IMG/VR virus record: IMGVR_UViG_3300024327_000658 | Strand: one strand, 5' to 3' | From: an uncultured virus (IMG/VR IMGVR_UViG_3300024327_000658) | Taxonomy: Duplodnaviria; Heunggongvirae; Uroviricota; Caudoviricetes | DNA length: 59,495 bases | Shown here: in pieces, positions 29,201 to 37,728 of the stretch | How positions within the stretch are numbered: the stretch's first letter is position 1 | How the letters are laid out: each line of letters opens with the position of its first letter | Position numbers and translations under genes: made by a program | Notes under the pieces: generated by a model | What the model saw: only the letters and a program-made list of their open reading frames with translations | Told to the model about the DNA's origin: nothing | The model's database searches: none

Positions 29201-29697
29201 CCAAAAATATTTGATCGCTGAGGCCATAACTTTTCAAATCCTTCTAAAAAAGAGTTATTGTCTCTTGACATATACACGTTGTCTTTAAAATTATCAAAAA
29301 TATTATTTGAATTTTTAGGCAAAACATCATGATATTTGTTTGCATTAAAATGGAGCAATACAGCTTCTGGAAACAAGTTAAAATAATGAATTATTTTTTC
29401 AAAAGTTCTCGGTAAAATTATATCATCAGCATCTAAATGACATACAATGTCGCCAACAGCGGGGATTTGGGGATTCCACCATATTTCTTTCTTGTGTTTG
29501 GGCTCGACGATTCTTATTCTACTATCTGTTCTTTTTAATTTTTCCATTACCGAACGGGTGTTATCAACAGAAAAATCATCAACAAGAATCCACTCCCAAT
29601 GATCATAATTTTGATAAAAAACCGAACCCGCTAATTCATCTAAATAAAATTCAGCATTATAACAGGAAGTCACAAGTGATAATTTAAAATTCTTCAT
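26278..29697 (-). CDS. Triple glycosyltransferase fusion: GT2 + GT4 + Aah/TibC-like heptosyltransferase
   Basis: N-terminal SLVTSCYN/ILVDDFS.D/HLDADD (GT2). Middle IPPKGYGGLE, RKG, LEAMACGLPVV (GT4). C-terminal ALGDTLAWMP..EEF.KKH.C, STAQAKYWN, FIGLGSGLSWLAWA, CNSC..WCP.H..FECSK.I (TibC/Aah-like). Confidence 0.88.
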   Translation of the reverse strand: MKNFKLSLVTSCYNAEFYLDELAGSVFYQNYDHWEWILVDDFSVDNTRSVMEKLKRTDSRIRIVEPKHKKEIWWNPQIPAVGDIVCHLDADDIILPRTFEKIIHYFNLFPEAVLLHFNANKYHDVLPKNSNNIFDNFKDNVYMSRDNNSFLEGFEKLWPQRSNIFGYLRIFKNLPALRFPEHKDSDICLSNDGQWLLNLERYGKWLTIPRTTYLAREHGESENFRNWNPRGEAQLVINEKEERKNFILEYPRNIKYFDDIYDLAESTYLSKLNYETERKHVSFLNFDYNQEQTSKVRHLFFDHDIVFDKYLKNISYFFVKINLNDTPITISNIISKLPVSNHELSFFSDNTHLHENNRIPSNNIENIKDVITADNRNVFWYSQDNRIHLISNSHRIIEIPEIILSTQNIQVRDTLEKEKEKVHEDHLKIMQIHVGCGLDIPPKGYGGLEEVIYQYMRIARSRGHEVSLKWLDDVTQNDLEKYDVFHNHTGGFYDLLKDRCIPYIFTMHDAFVKIHGKNSHYYMTNNETIKNSLFSLIPTEDMIDYFLYPEKLRRLHHGVDTNFFFPNENRKNIRLICVGGGDDRKGFHLAIQAAKKLGLPITIVGPDSIHLDYNKKFYDIVEECKGHIDITLVGNVEKNELRDLLNEHHVLIHPASLETGQPCLAVLEAMACGLPVVGTLQDDIYVKGLTICTRNVDIIAEKVKTVLDNYDEHSKLAREFARERDWEKIFDELEKYYYEAKELKYSKPFDMKERLMFAYQNTPISGKNIFELNMQKNPYLSVKGSIPAEYKINFIDNDTHAIHYSNDISTGGWVACGLDYYVNWRVEAINIETGNIDFEYEQDFTNKNVFVWFDTVALGDTLAWMPVVEEFRKKHKCKMYCSTFWNDYLVESYPETSFIVPESGFNDFVSSYRIGFFELSPQSPVDMKDVSLQNLCAGILGIKDFKETRCKIKVKETETELEKPYVCIGTQSTAQAKYWNYLGGWDKVVDFLSEKGYNVVCIDKHPSFGQGEYFNVVPKNAIGRHDRSLDQTIATLDGAEFFIGLGSGLSWLAWALNKHVILISGFSNPKSEFYSKCVRLHNNDVCNSCYNRHKFDPSDWSWCPDHKNTDRMFECSKNISPEEVYGAIEQTIHTIENND

Positions 29698-32347
29698 GGG
29701 TTGTCTCTATATCTTCATTATGTAATAAAGTAGTCCCATCCTTAAAAGAATTATCTAAATATGACTCTCCAGAACATTGAATTGAGATTGGCGATTTAAC
29801 TATACCACATTTCTTATCATTAAAAATATTATTATTTAACCATAAATCATAAGTATCCCATTTTGCAGTTTTCAATTGTTTTTTAAAATAAGTTCTTCTA
29901 GTTTCGTCTGTGGAAAGTAAATAACAATGCGCTTCAGACATTCTATCTGTTACACCGAAAAATTCATAATTTTCATGTTCCCAATCAGGAATTCTTTTTC
30001 CGAAAGACATATAATATAAATTATGCTGATTCATATCATCTAACCGGTCCATAATTGATCTATGAACTTCGTGTACTGGTTTTATAAAAATAGCATCACA
30101 TTCACAAAATAAAACGGCATCAAAGTCTTCATTTAAATGTTCATTTATAGCAGATTTGTGAGCAGAAAAATTACCATAATGAGCAGGTGTTAATTTATAT
30201 TCGCCCGATTTCATTTGCACATCATTTGGTCTAGCACATGTTTTTTTCGGGGGAAAATTTTCATATAAAGGATTCACCATTTGCACATATGACCAATCTG
30301 AATATTCAGATAATTTTTTAAGATGTGTTATTGATTTTTTTTCTCTTTCTGAATCCACATCAACAAGCATATGAACTATTTTTATTTTTGGACGTCTTAT
30401 TGCCCACAAATTACCCAATTCGCCATTAGTTGTTACTTGAGAATCAGCAATAACTTGATATCCCAAACTTTCTAATCTCGTTATAAAATTAGTTGCATGA
30501 AGTTTCATTTCACCCTCAACACCAAACGGATGTGCTTCCATAGAAAGTTTTCTCAATTTATATTTAAAAAAATCATCATGAATCACTGGTAATATGTCCC
30601 ATTCTGCCCCTTCACAATCCAATTTTAACGCATCTATTCTATCAATACTATTATTTTTCATAAATTGTTCAAACGTAACACAATCAACAATTTCTTTTTT
30701 TATTACTCCCTGATTTTCTGTATTCTTTGCGCTATTATTAAAATTATCATAAAAAGAATTACATGAACTGGATCCAATAGTAATAAATTCTCTACTGTTA
30801 TTATCAAAAGAAATTGCTAAATTGTGTTTTTCAATATTTCTATATTCTCCCAAATTTTTACATAAAATATCAAATGTTGTTTTAGTGGGTTCAATTGTGT
30901 GAATATGCGAAACTCCTTGATTTAAAGCATACATATCAAAAAAACCATAATGACCACCAATATCAATTACAGTATCCCCTTCTGTCAAATTTAATTTTTT
31001 ATAATACTGTAATATCAAAGTTTCATAAAAAGTATACCAGGAAGAAGGATCGTCCGCTATTCCATGAAAATGTTTATTTTTTCCGAGAATTTTAATATCA
31101 ACTTCTGATTTAAGTGGAAATGTTTTTTCATATAAAAGATGATGATTATCTAACAAATTCACATCACTTAAATTAGAATAATAATCTTTAGGAGCATCAA
31201 ATATCTTTACTATAAACCCGTTAACTACATCTTTTCCGCAATGCGGCTGACACCACATTGAGTTTGTTAAAATGTGTGATCTATAGGCTAATAACCCAGT
31301 ATCTATTTCATATAAGCACAACAATTTCTCATGAAAACATTCATATAAGCTTAAAAAATGAAAAGTTATTTTGGTATCTTCAATCGAACAACTTACAAGA
31401 CGATCACTAATGTTCAGTAGTCTAGACATTTTAATTAAATTAATATTCAAATCATCAGAAAGCCAAGTAACTTTTTCGTCATATTTGTCAATATAAGTGT
31501 CAAGTTTATGTGCTAATACAGGTATATTCCAAGACAAAGCTTCTTTCACAACTAATGGATTCGTTTCTTTATCAAAACTAGTTCCCTTAGACGTAAATAA
31601 AAATAAATCCATACATGAATAAAATTTTTCTACATCAGACCTTTCCCCCCAAACTATACAATTATCGGGCAAGTTTTTTGTTAAAGGTTCCCAATATTCT
31701 TTAAAGTTTTCCGCAAGATTCCCTACAAAATGAAATTGTACGTCAGGCAAAAGTTTAGCGTATTCAATAATTTCCACTTGATTTTTTCTTGATGTCCATA
31801 ATCCAACATTTAATACATGTTTCAATGCAGGATCAACACCTAATTCTCTCAATGCAACATCTCTTTCTTTTTCTGATGTTTTTTTATCGACGGGATACTC
31901 TATAACACATGCAGGAACATCTATTGATCTAAATTTTATTAGTTGATTATCACTACAAAATAAAAATTTATCTGGAAAAAATTTCTTTGACGAAGGATCG
32001 AAGGAAGAATCATGAGATGTTTCAAAAATCAAATAATTTCTATTTTTCTTATAAATTTTTTCAGCTATTTTATCATCCACGAAAAATTCAGGCATTTCTT
32101 CAAAATGAATAATGTCGGGTTTTATTTTATCTAAATATGTTAAAATATCAGATTTATCATCGGACAAAGTTATTAACTGATCATTTAGAATGTTTAATAT
32201 TTTATCTTTTTGAACTCTATAAGACCCATAATCATTATACTCTATTACATAAATATCATTATCATTGTATAATAATTCGATTTTTTTAAGAAGATATTGG
32301 GGGGCTCCGCCCGTAGATAAATGAGGAGTAATATATAAAATTTTCAT
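29684..32347 (-). CDS. Fusion: GT4-like + FkbM methyltransferase + C-terminal GT-A-like domain
   Basis: PHLSTGGAPQY, RKNQ, ETNPLVVKEAL (GT4). VIDIGGHYG, IEP, LKLDCEGAE (FkbM). HYGNF.AH, LFCECDA (DxD-like). Confidence 0.85.
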   Translation of the reverse strand: MKILYITPHLSTGGAPQYLLKKIELLYNDNDIYVIEYNDYGSYRVQKDKILNILNDQLITLSDDKSDILTYLDKIKPDIIHFEEMPEFFVDDKIAEKIYKKNRNYLIFETSHDSSFDPSSKKFFPDKFLFCSDNQLIKFRSIDVPACVIEYPVDKKTSEKERDVALRELGVDPALKHVLNVGLWTSRKNQVEIIEYAKLLPDVQFHFVGNLAENFKEYWEPLTKNLPDNCIVWGERSDVEKFYSCMDLFLFTSKGTSFDKETNPLVVKEALSWNIPVLAHKLDTYIDKYDEKVTWLSDDLNINLIKMSRLLNISDRLVSCSIEDTKITFHFLSLYECFHEKLLCLYEIDTGLLAYRSHILTNSMWCQPHCGKDVVNGFIVKIFDAPKDYYSNLSDVNLLDNHHLLYEKTFPLKSEVDIKILGKNKHFHGIADDPSSWYTFYETLILQYYKKLNLTEGDTVIDIGGHYGFFDMYALNQGVSHIHTIEPTKTTFDILCKNLGEYRNIEKHNLAISFDNNSREFITIGSSSCNSFYDNFNNSAKNTENQGVIKKEIVDCVTFEQFMKNNSIDRIDALKLDCEGAEWDILPVIHDDFFKYKLRKLSMEAHPFGVEGEMKLHATNFITRLESLGYQVIADSQVTTNGELGNLWAIRRPKIKIVHMLVDVDSEREKKSITHLKKLSEYSDWSYVQMVNPLYENFPPKKTCARPNDVQMKSGEYKLTPAHYGNFSAHKSAINEHLNEDFDAVLFCECDAIFIKPVHEVHRSIMDRLDDMNQHNLYYMSFGKRIPDWEHENYEFFGVTDRMSEAHCYLLSTDETRRTYFKKQLKTAKWDTYDLWLNNNIFNDKKCGIVKSPISIQCSGESYLDNSFKDGTTLLHNEDIETTHEEF

Positions 32348-32365
32348 AAACGATTTTAATTATTA

Positions 32366-32385
32366 ACTAAATATAAATATAAATA
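32366..32385 (+). promoter_or_regulatory. Stacked late promoter motifs ACTAAATA-TAAATA-TAAATA
   Basis: Exact TATAAATA at 32372 and 32378, upstream of the + strand gene at 32438. Confidence 0.7.
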
Positions 32386-32437
32386 ACAACTATTATATAG
32401 TTTACACTATTTTGAACTTTTTGTCAATGGATTAATT

Positions 32438-33403
32438 ATGACACAATACAGACACTTATATTGGGATGCAGTAAACAAAGACCTACGACAATATTCTGAT
32501 ACCGAACTAGAAATTCTTAGTTATTTTCTAAGAAAAAGATATGCGGCTCTTCTAGATGCAGGTACAGGGTATCCAGGCGAAGTAAAAACTTCAGGATCAT
32601 CTCCTTTTGTTTCCATAGGAACAGCTACTAATGGATATAGAATATCCGGAAGCATGACCGAACCAGATGACACAGGCAATTATCAAGGCGCAGAACCAGA
32701 CACGATAATTGGCCAACCGGATCAAACAACTTTCACATCTTCATCCGTAACATTTTATCAAAATATGAACCATTCTACAGCGGCCCCCAGTTCAGCAACC
32801 ATAAACAATTCTGGATTATTATATTGGACCTCTCCGGATTTAAAAATAGGCCCAACCACAGAAACAGATCTTCGAGATACGCTTGCTACTCACTGCCTTC
32901 AACAAATGCAAACAGGTGATGAAGTTGGATCTTATAGAGTTGCAGTATCTAATCCAGGAGGCGGAACCTGGTCTGATAAAGGAGCATTTTTTACTGATAC
33001 AATATACGCTAGTAGTCCTTATGGTGCATATAAACTATGGTTAAAAACAGCAAATACTACTGAACCATCAACTCCAGATAATTATACTAGATGGGACGGC
33101 ACTAATAACGAAATACAATTAGAATCTAGCACTTCTTATGATGCTACAGCTAAATTAATAAATGATGTTTATTTAAACATAATTGCAAGAAGACATCTCG
33201 TATATAATGTTGCAACTTCAATTGTTGGAACAAATAAAGGAACTTTTTACGATAAAAAATATCAAAGCACGACTGATACATTAACTGGACCATCAGGGAC
33301 ACCCTCGATTTATACCAGAACATGGACACCTTCAGGAGCCATAATTGATTCCAGCGGACCCTATTATTTTACTACAAACGGCGAAAGAACACCAACACCA
33401 TAA
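32438..33403 (+). CDS. Thr/Ser/Gly/Tyr-rich probable virion structural protein, 321 aa
   Basis: Composition typical of virion beta-rich proteins; late promoter upstream; no enzymatic motif seen. Confidence 0.6.
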   Translation: MTQYRHLYWDAVNKDLRQYSDTELEILSYFLRKRYAALLDAGTGYPGEVKTSGSSPFVSIGTATNGYRISGSMTEPDDTGNYQGAEPDTIIGQPDQTTFTSSSVTFYQNMNHSTAAPSSATINNSGLLYWTSPDLKIGPTTETDLRDTLATHCLQQMQTGDEVGSYRVAVSNPGGGTWSDKGAFFTDTIYASSPYGAYKLWLKTANTTEPSTPDNYTRWDGTNNEIQLESSTSYDATAKLINDVYLNIIARRHLVYNVATSIVGTNKGTFYDKKYQSTTDTLTGPSGTPSIYTRTWTPSGAIIDSSGPYYFTTNGERTPTP

Positions 33404-33414
33404 AAGGAAACATA

Positions 33415-34227
33415 ATGATTACTCTTAACGAAGCATTTCATGCCTCTGATTACGAAACATGGTTAACATATTGGAGTCGATGCAAAGTCAATACAATTTT
33501 CCATAAATATCCAGATTATACAGCAGAAGATAATCCTGTATTAGTACGATTTAGAGAAATTCCCGATGGCGAAGATGTAGAAATACCTCATCCAGACATT
33601 GAAGTAAAACAAATCGAAACTCATCTAGACACATATTGTTTCAAGACACTACTAAAAGCATTACCCGAAAATCACAGAAACAAAACTTTAGAGGGAATAC
33701 AACTACAATCAGCAAATTTTCATGACGCCATGGCTAAAAGAGAAAAAGATTTTGATGAATTTTTAGAATATAAACTAGCCGGTAATCTTAACATAGAAAC
33801 TATTGATAACACAAAACCCATTTCATGGGAATCAATAAGAACTGCTTCAACAGAAGAATTGTTTCAAACAAAACTTGAAATATTTGAAACACAACCAGTT
33901 CAAGAAAGCGATAAAAAAGAATATCGTTCTAATATTAGAAAAGCATCATCAATTATTGAAGCAATGCACTGGTACTATTTAATAGTCAATGATATTGAAA
34001 TGTCCACGTCAGAAAAATCAGAAGAAAAAATTCCCGAAAATATAGATATACTACTTGCTGATATTTCTTCAGAAACACTATTTAAATATAAATTACAGCT
34101 TTTCGAAAAAGAAGAAATTCAAAATAGCGAAAACAAAAAAGCTAGAAGCAAACTTAGAAAAGCAACTAATTTAATTGAACTATTTTCAGCTTATAATGAA
34201 GTGATATTATTAGATAAAAAAGAATAA
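33415..34227 (+). CDS. Acidic helical protein with duplicated ~40-aa C-terminal domain (possible chaperone)
   Basis: AAGGA RBS. Repeats are EELFQTKLEIFE...RSNIRKASSIIE and ETLFKYKLQLFE...RSKLRKATNLIE. Confidence 0.7.
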   Translation: MITLNEAFHASDYETWLTYWSRCKVNTIFHKYPDYTAEDNPVLVRFREIPDGEDVEIPHPDIEVKQIETHLDTYCFKTLLKALPENHRNKTLEGIQLQSANFHDAMAKREKDFDEFLEYKLAGNLNIETIDNTKPISWESIRTASTEELFQTKLEIFETQPVQESDKKEYRSNIRKASSIIEAMHWYYLIVNDIEMSTSEKSEEKIPENIDILLADISSETLFKYKLQLFEKEEIQNSENKKARSKLRKATNLIELFSAYNEVILLDKKE

Positions 34228-34856
34228 TCAATTTCTTCATTTTTAAAATGTACTATTTTAATATCATCATGAAACCCGTCCAAATAAACATATTCTCCTG
34301 GATACATTGCGTTTATTGAAGCAAGTTCTTTTAAATTTTTTTTATTACACATTCTAGTCACCCATGTTGATGGAAGATATTTCAATTTTAATTTTTTCTT
34401 TACTTGATCTTCTATGAAAAATTGTTCTCCATTAACTGGCCCTGTTGTTATTTTAAGGGTAATATAATATTGCGACCAATAATTAATATTGCCCATAAAT
34501 TCATCATAAATGTATTTACAATCTTTCGGATAATACTTTTGAAATCCTCCGCATAATGAATAATTTTCATTCCAAGTATCTTTCCACCAAGATTTGGCTG
34601 TTAAAAATTCCCCTCTTTCTATAGGATAATCGATAGCTTTAGTGTAATCATTAATATAAAAAGTATCAATATCAATTACAAGAACCGGCTCATCAATATC
34701 CATATTCATGACTCGTAATTTATTCCATTGTAAATCTACTCCAGGCAATTCATCTCTAATCCATGTAACATTCGATATTTTTGAATTAATATAATCTTCA
34801 ACTCTTTGATCATATTTGTCACGTACTCTAACTGCAAATACTTTTGTTTTATTCAT
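34191..34856 (-). CDS. GT-A fold glycosyltransferase (GT8-like)
   Basis: WNKL..., VLVIDID (DxD), GEQFFI, KIVHF. Confidence 0.7.
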   Translation of the reverse strand: MNKTKVFAVRVRDKYDQRVEDYINSKISNVTWIRDELPGVDLQWNKLRVMNMDIDEPVLVIDIDTFYINDYTKAIDYPIERGEFLTAKSWWKDTWNENYSLCGGFQKYYPKDCKYIYDEFMGNINYWSQYYITLKITTGPVNGEQFFIEDQVKKKLKLKYLPSTWVTRMCNKKNLKELASINAMYPGEYVYLDGFHDDIKIVHFKNEEIDYSFLSNNITSL

Positions 34857-35647
34857 TCAGATTTTTTAATCATATTAAAATAATTATAAACAACACGTTC
34901 TCTTGCAACTTCTCTATATTCCCATTCAATTTCGGGAATCCACAAACCAGCAGATGAAGCAGATTTTTCTAAAAACCAATGATGGTGATATAAAAAAATT
35001 TTTGGATCTTTATATTGTTTTTTAACTCTTTCAGTTCCAGCATATTCATTATCTCTAAATCCTTCACCGGGAATGTTTACGTTCAATAAAAATTCCCTAT
35101 TCCAAATAGTCGGTTGATGACATAACAAAAACCCCCCATCTTTTTTAGCCTTTAAAATTTTTTTATTTTGTATATAATGGTCTGTTTCTTCGTATTCATC
35201 TAAAACATAAGGAGAAGTAAGTCGGTGTAATCTCAAACCATTCACATCATTGAATCGTACAAAATTTAATAATTTATTAAATAATATTGCATCAATTTGC
35301 TTAAATGGCCACTGGTCTTCTTGCATGTATAAAACATATTTTGTTTGAACCGAGTTTAAAGCAGTTATAAGTCTATCACTCCATCCTTCATCAATCTGTT
35401 TTGGTCCCCCATAAGTAGGCAACCAATCTCGTTCTTCGATTCCCATATATTTTTTACTTTTACCCGTTTTAATCTGAAGGATTCTAGGATCATTAAAGGG
35501 CAATTCTATTTCTTCATTACAAAAATATATAGGCCAATCTAAATCCAAAAATCCAAAATGATCAAACATAGTATACCAACCATCCCAAAAATGACTGTAT
35601 TCATCACACGTATGAATTATAACACTAATATTATTGAGAGGGAGCAT
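34853..35647 (-). CDS. GT-A fold glycosyltransferase-like protein
   Basis: SVIIHTCDEY, WSDRL..AL, YVLYMQED.W, HQPTIW.REFL. Start placed at MLPLN. Confidence 0.65.
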   Translation of the reverse strand: MLPLNNISVIIHTCDEYSHFWDGWYTMFDHFGFLDLDWPIYFCNEEIELPFNDPRILQIKTGKSKKYMGIEERDWLPTYGGPKQIDEGWSDRLITALNSVQTKYVLYMQEDQWPFKQIDAILFNKLLNFVRFNDVNGLRLHRLTSPYVLDEYEETDHYIQNKKILKAKKDGGFLLCHQPTIWNREFLLNVNIPGEGFRDNEYAGTERVKKQYKDPKIFLYHHHWFLEKSASSAGLWIPEIEWEYREVARERVVYNYFNMIKKSE

Positions 35648-36722
35648 CGTTCCAAATATTACAAAGTAAAATACGTTCTTTTGTTTCTGGTTTAGTGAAA
35701 TCATATTCTCTAAAGAATTTATCATTCACATAAATTGTTATATTTTCAAGATCATCTTCAGAAAAAAAATCTGTTCTGTAACCCCAATCAGCACAAGTAA
35801 AAGAAGAATAATGAACATTATTTCTAAAAATAGAACAATTTATTTCTCCTTTTGGGGGCATAGCAAAAAACCTATATCCCCGATTTGGTTCATACCAAGC
35901 AAGACAGATCCAGGGATATTCGGCATCAGTATAAATTTTTTGTTTTTCGAAACCCGTTCTTTGAACAGATGTTTCAAGATCTTTTATCTCAACATTTTCT
36001 TCAAAGGAATCTTCCTGCTTATTCAGGTAAGATATACCCAACACATAACCCAATAACTCTTCACCTATATGAAGACCATGATTAATCATCATCTGTTTAA
36101 GATGCTGATCAGAATACATACTCAATCTACGATATAAAAAATTTACATTACACGACATAATTAATGTCATAATCTGCCAATGTCTAATTTTATCCCCAAC
36201 ATAGTGTTCACCATCAGGCGCATTTAAATCTTCTGTTTCACGTTTATAAAATACTGCTTGTTTTCCTTGAGTTTCTATAATATCATAATTTTCTATTAAT
36301 TCGTCATCAAATGGCAAAAATCCATCATAATCAAATAAATGGATTACTTTTTTATTAAGCAATTTCGCATATGTAACCCCTGCGAGTAATAATCGTAAAA
36401 CTGCAAATATTGTATTATTTTTAAAAAATTCTCTACTTGCAATATTAAAAATAGGAGACACGTTACCTTCATCATCAAGTTCATAAGCATAATGAATTAA
36501 ATATCCTTTCAATTCAGGATCATCGACCAACATATTATCTTTATCATAAATTGCATAATCTACTAATTCCTGAGTGTCTTTGTCAAGAGGCAAATGACTC
36601 GTAATCAAAACATCATACCCAAAAGATTTAAACTGTTTTATAAATTTATGACATACAGACTTTCTTTCTTCATCAGACAAATAAGCATGTATCAAAATTA
36701 TTTCATTTGTTTTGTCTATCAT
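35631..36722 (-). CDS. Putative glycosyltransferase-like protein
   Basis: ILIHAY, VLITSHLP, VDYAIYDKDN, HLFDYD (DxD). Confidence 0.5.
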   Translation of the reverse strand: MIDKTNEIILIHAYLSDEERKSVCHKFIKQFKSFGYDVLITSHLPLDKDTQELVDYAIYDKDNMLVDDPELKGYLIHYAYELDDEGNVSPIFNIASREFFKNNTIFAVLRLLLAGVTYAKLLNKKVIHLFDYDGFLPFDDELIENYDIIETQGKQAVFYKRETEDLNAPDGEHYVGDKIRHWQIMTLIMSCNVNFLYRRLSMYSDQHLKQMMINHGLHIGEELLGYVLGISYLNKQEDSFEENVEIKDLETSVQRTGFEKQKIYTDAEYPWICLAWYEPNRGYRFFAMPPKGEINCSIFRNNVHYSSFTCADWGYRTDFFSEDDLENITIYVNDKFFREYDFTKPETKERILLCNIWNDAPSQ

Positions 36723-36727
36723 ATGTT

Positions 36728-37198
36728 TTAAATGTTATTTTGTTGCATTATCCACCCAACTAAAGAATATTTTATTCCTTTTAAAACAGGCTTTACTCTA
36801 TGTTCTAATTTCGAATCAAACCTAAGACAATCTCCCACACTCAATTCTATGGAATCACTGTCTTTAATTTCAAAAGATCCTCCTCGATATTCAGCATTTA
36901 AAGGTATAACACATGTTTCTATTCTTTTACAAGTTGACCGAGCAGTATCAAAATCGTTATGCCAATGATAATAATTTAACTTAGAATATTCTGAAAACTG
37001 AAATACCATATTAGAACTATTAAATTTTTTTTCCAATTCAAAATCATTTAACCAAATAAAAACCTTAGATCTTCTTTCATCAGAAAATTCACTATTTACA
37101 ACTCTAGCAAAACGAACCTTTTTTCTACAAGATACGATAAGATCAAAACATTCTTCTTTTGTCAATAAGTTTCTAATAATCTGTATTTTTTTGTCCAT
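36728..37198 (-). CDS. 2OG-Fe(II) oxygenase (prolyl-4-hydroxylase-like)
   Basis: YHWHND (HxD), LN.EY.GG.F, HRVKPV.KG.KYSLVGW. Confidence 0.88.
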   Translation of the reverse strand: MDKKIQIIRNLLTKEECFDLIVSCRKKVRFARVVNSEFSDERRSKVFIWLNDFELEKKFNSSNMVFQFSEYSKLNYYHWHNDFDTARSTCKRIETCVIPLNAEYRGGSFEIKDSDSIELSVGDCLRFDSKLEHRVKPVLKGIKYSLVGWIMQQNNI

Positions 37199-37728
37199 TC
37201 TTCTGTTTTCATTGCAGGCGCAAAATCATGATTAAATAAACAAATTGAATGTTCCAATTCGTCTCTATTCCAAGGATAAGACCAACACACTTTATCATAA
37301 ATTTTATAATCTATTTCTCTGTAAATATATTCATCGATGCCTTTCCAATATTTTACTCTGCTATAATCTTCATCTTCATAAAATTTATCATAAATATGAA
37401 CATGATTTCCCTTCCACGACATTATTGAAGAGTTTAAAGGGGTATGAAGCGAATCTCTCCACCAGGCAGTAAGAAGAGTAAAATCGTCTTTAATTAAATG
37501 AGATATGGGACCCTTAATAATTATATCTAAATCGAAATATAAATAATTTACATCATTAACACATTCTTTAAACATTTGCAATTTATCAAAAACAGCACCT
37601 TCTCCATCTCTTATTATATAAACGTTTTCATATTTCAATTTTCCATGTTCACGAATCATATGAAGAATATTATCAACATACCACTCATCATATTTATTTC
37701 CCGTACATACGAGAACAACGGTTACCAT
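37162..37728 (-). CDS. GT-A fold glycosyltransferase (GT8-like)
   Basis: VCTGNKY...YV, KLQMF, LYFDLDIII, NSSIMSW, G.DEYI. Confidence 0.75.
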   Translation of the reverse strand: MVTVVLVCTGNKYDEWYVDNILHMIREHGKLKYENVYIIRDGEGAVFDKLQMFKECVNDVNYLYFDLDIIIKGPISHLIKDDFTLLTAWWRDSLHTPLNSSIMSWKGNHVHIYDKFYEDEDYSRVKYWKGIDEYIYREIDYKIYDKVCWSYPWNRDELEHSICLFNHDFAPAMKTEEWTKKYRLLETY

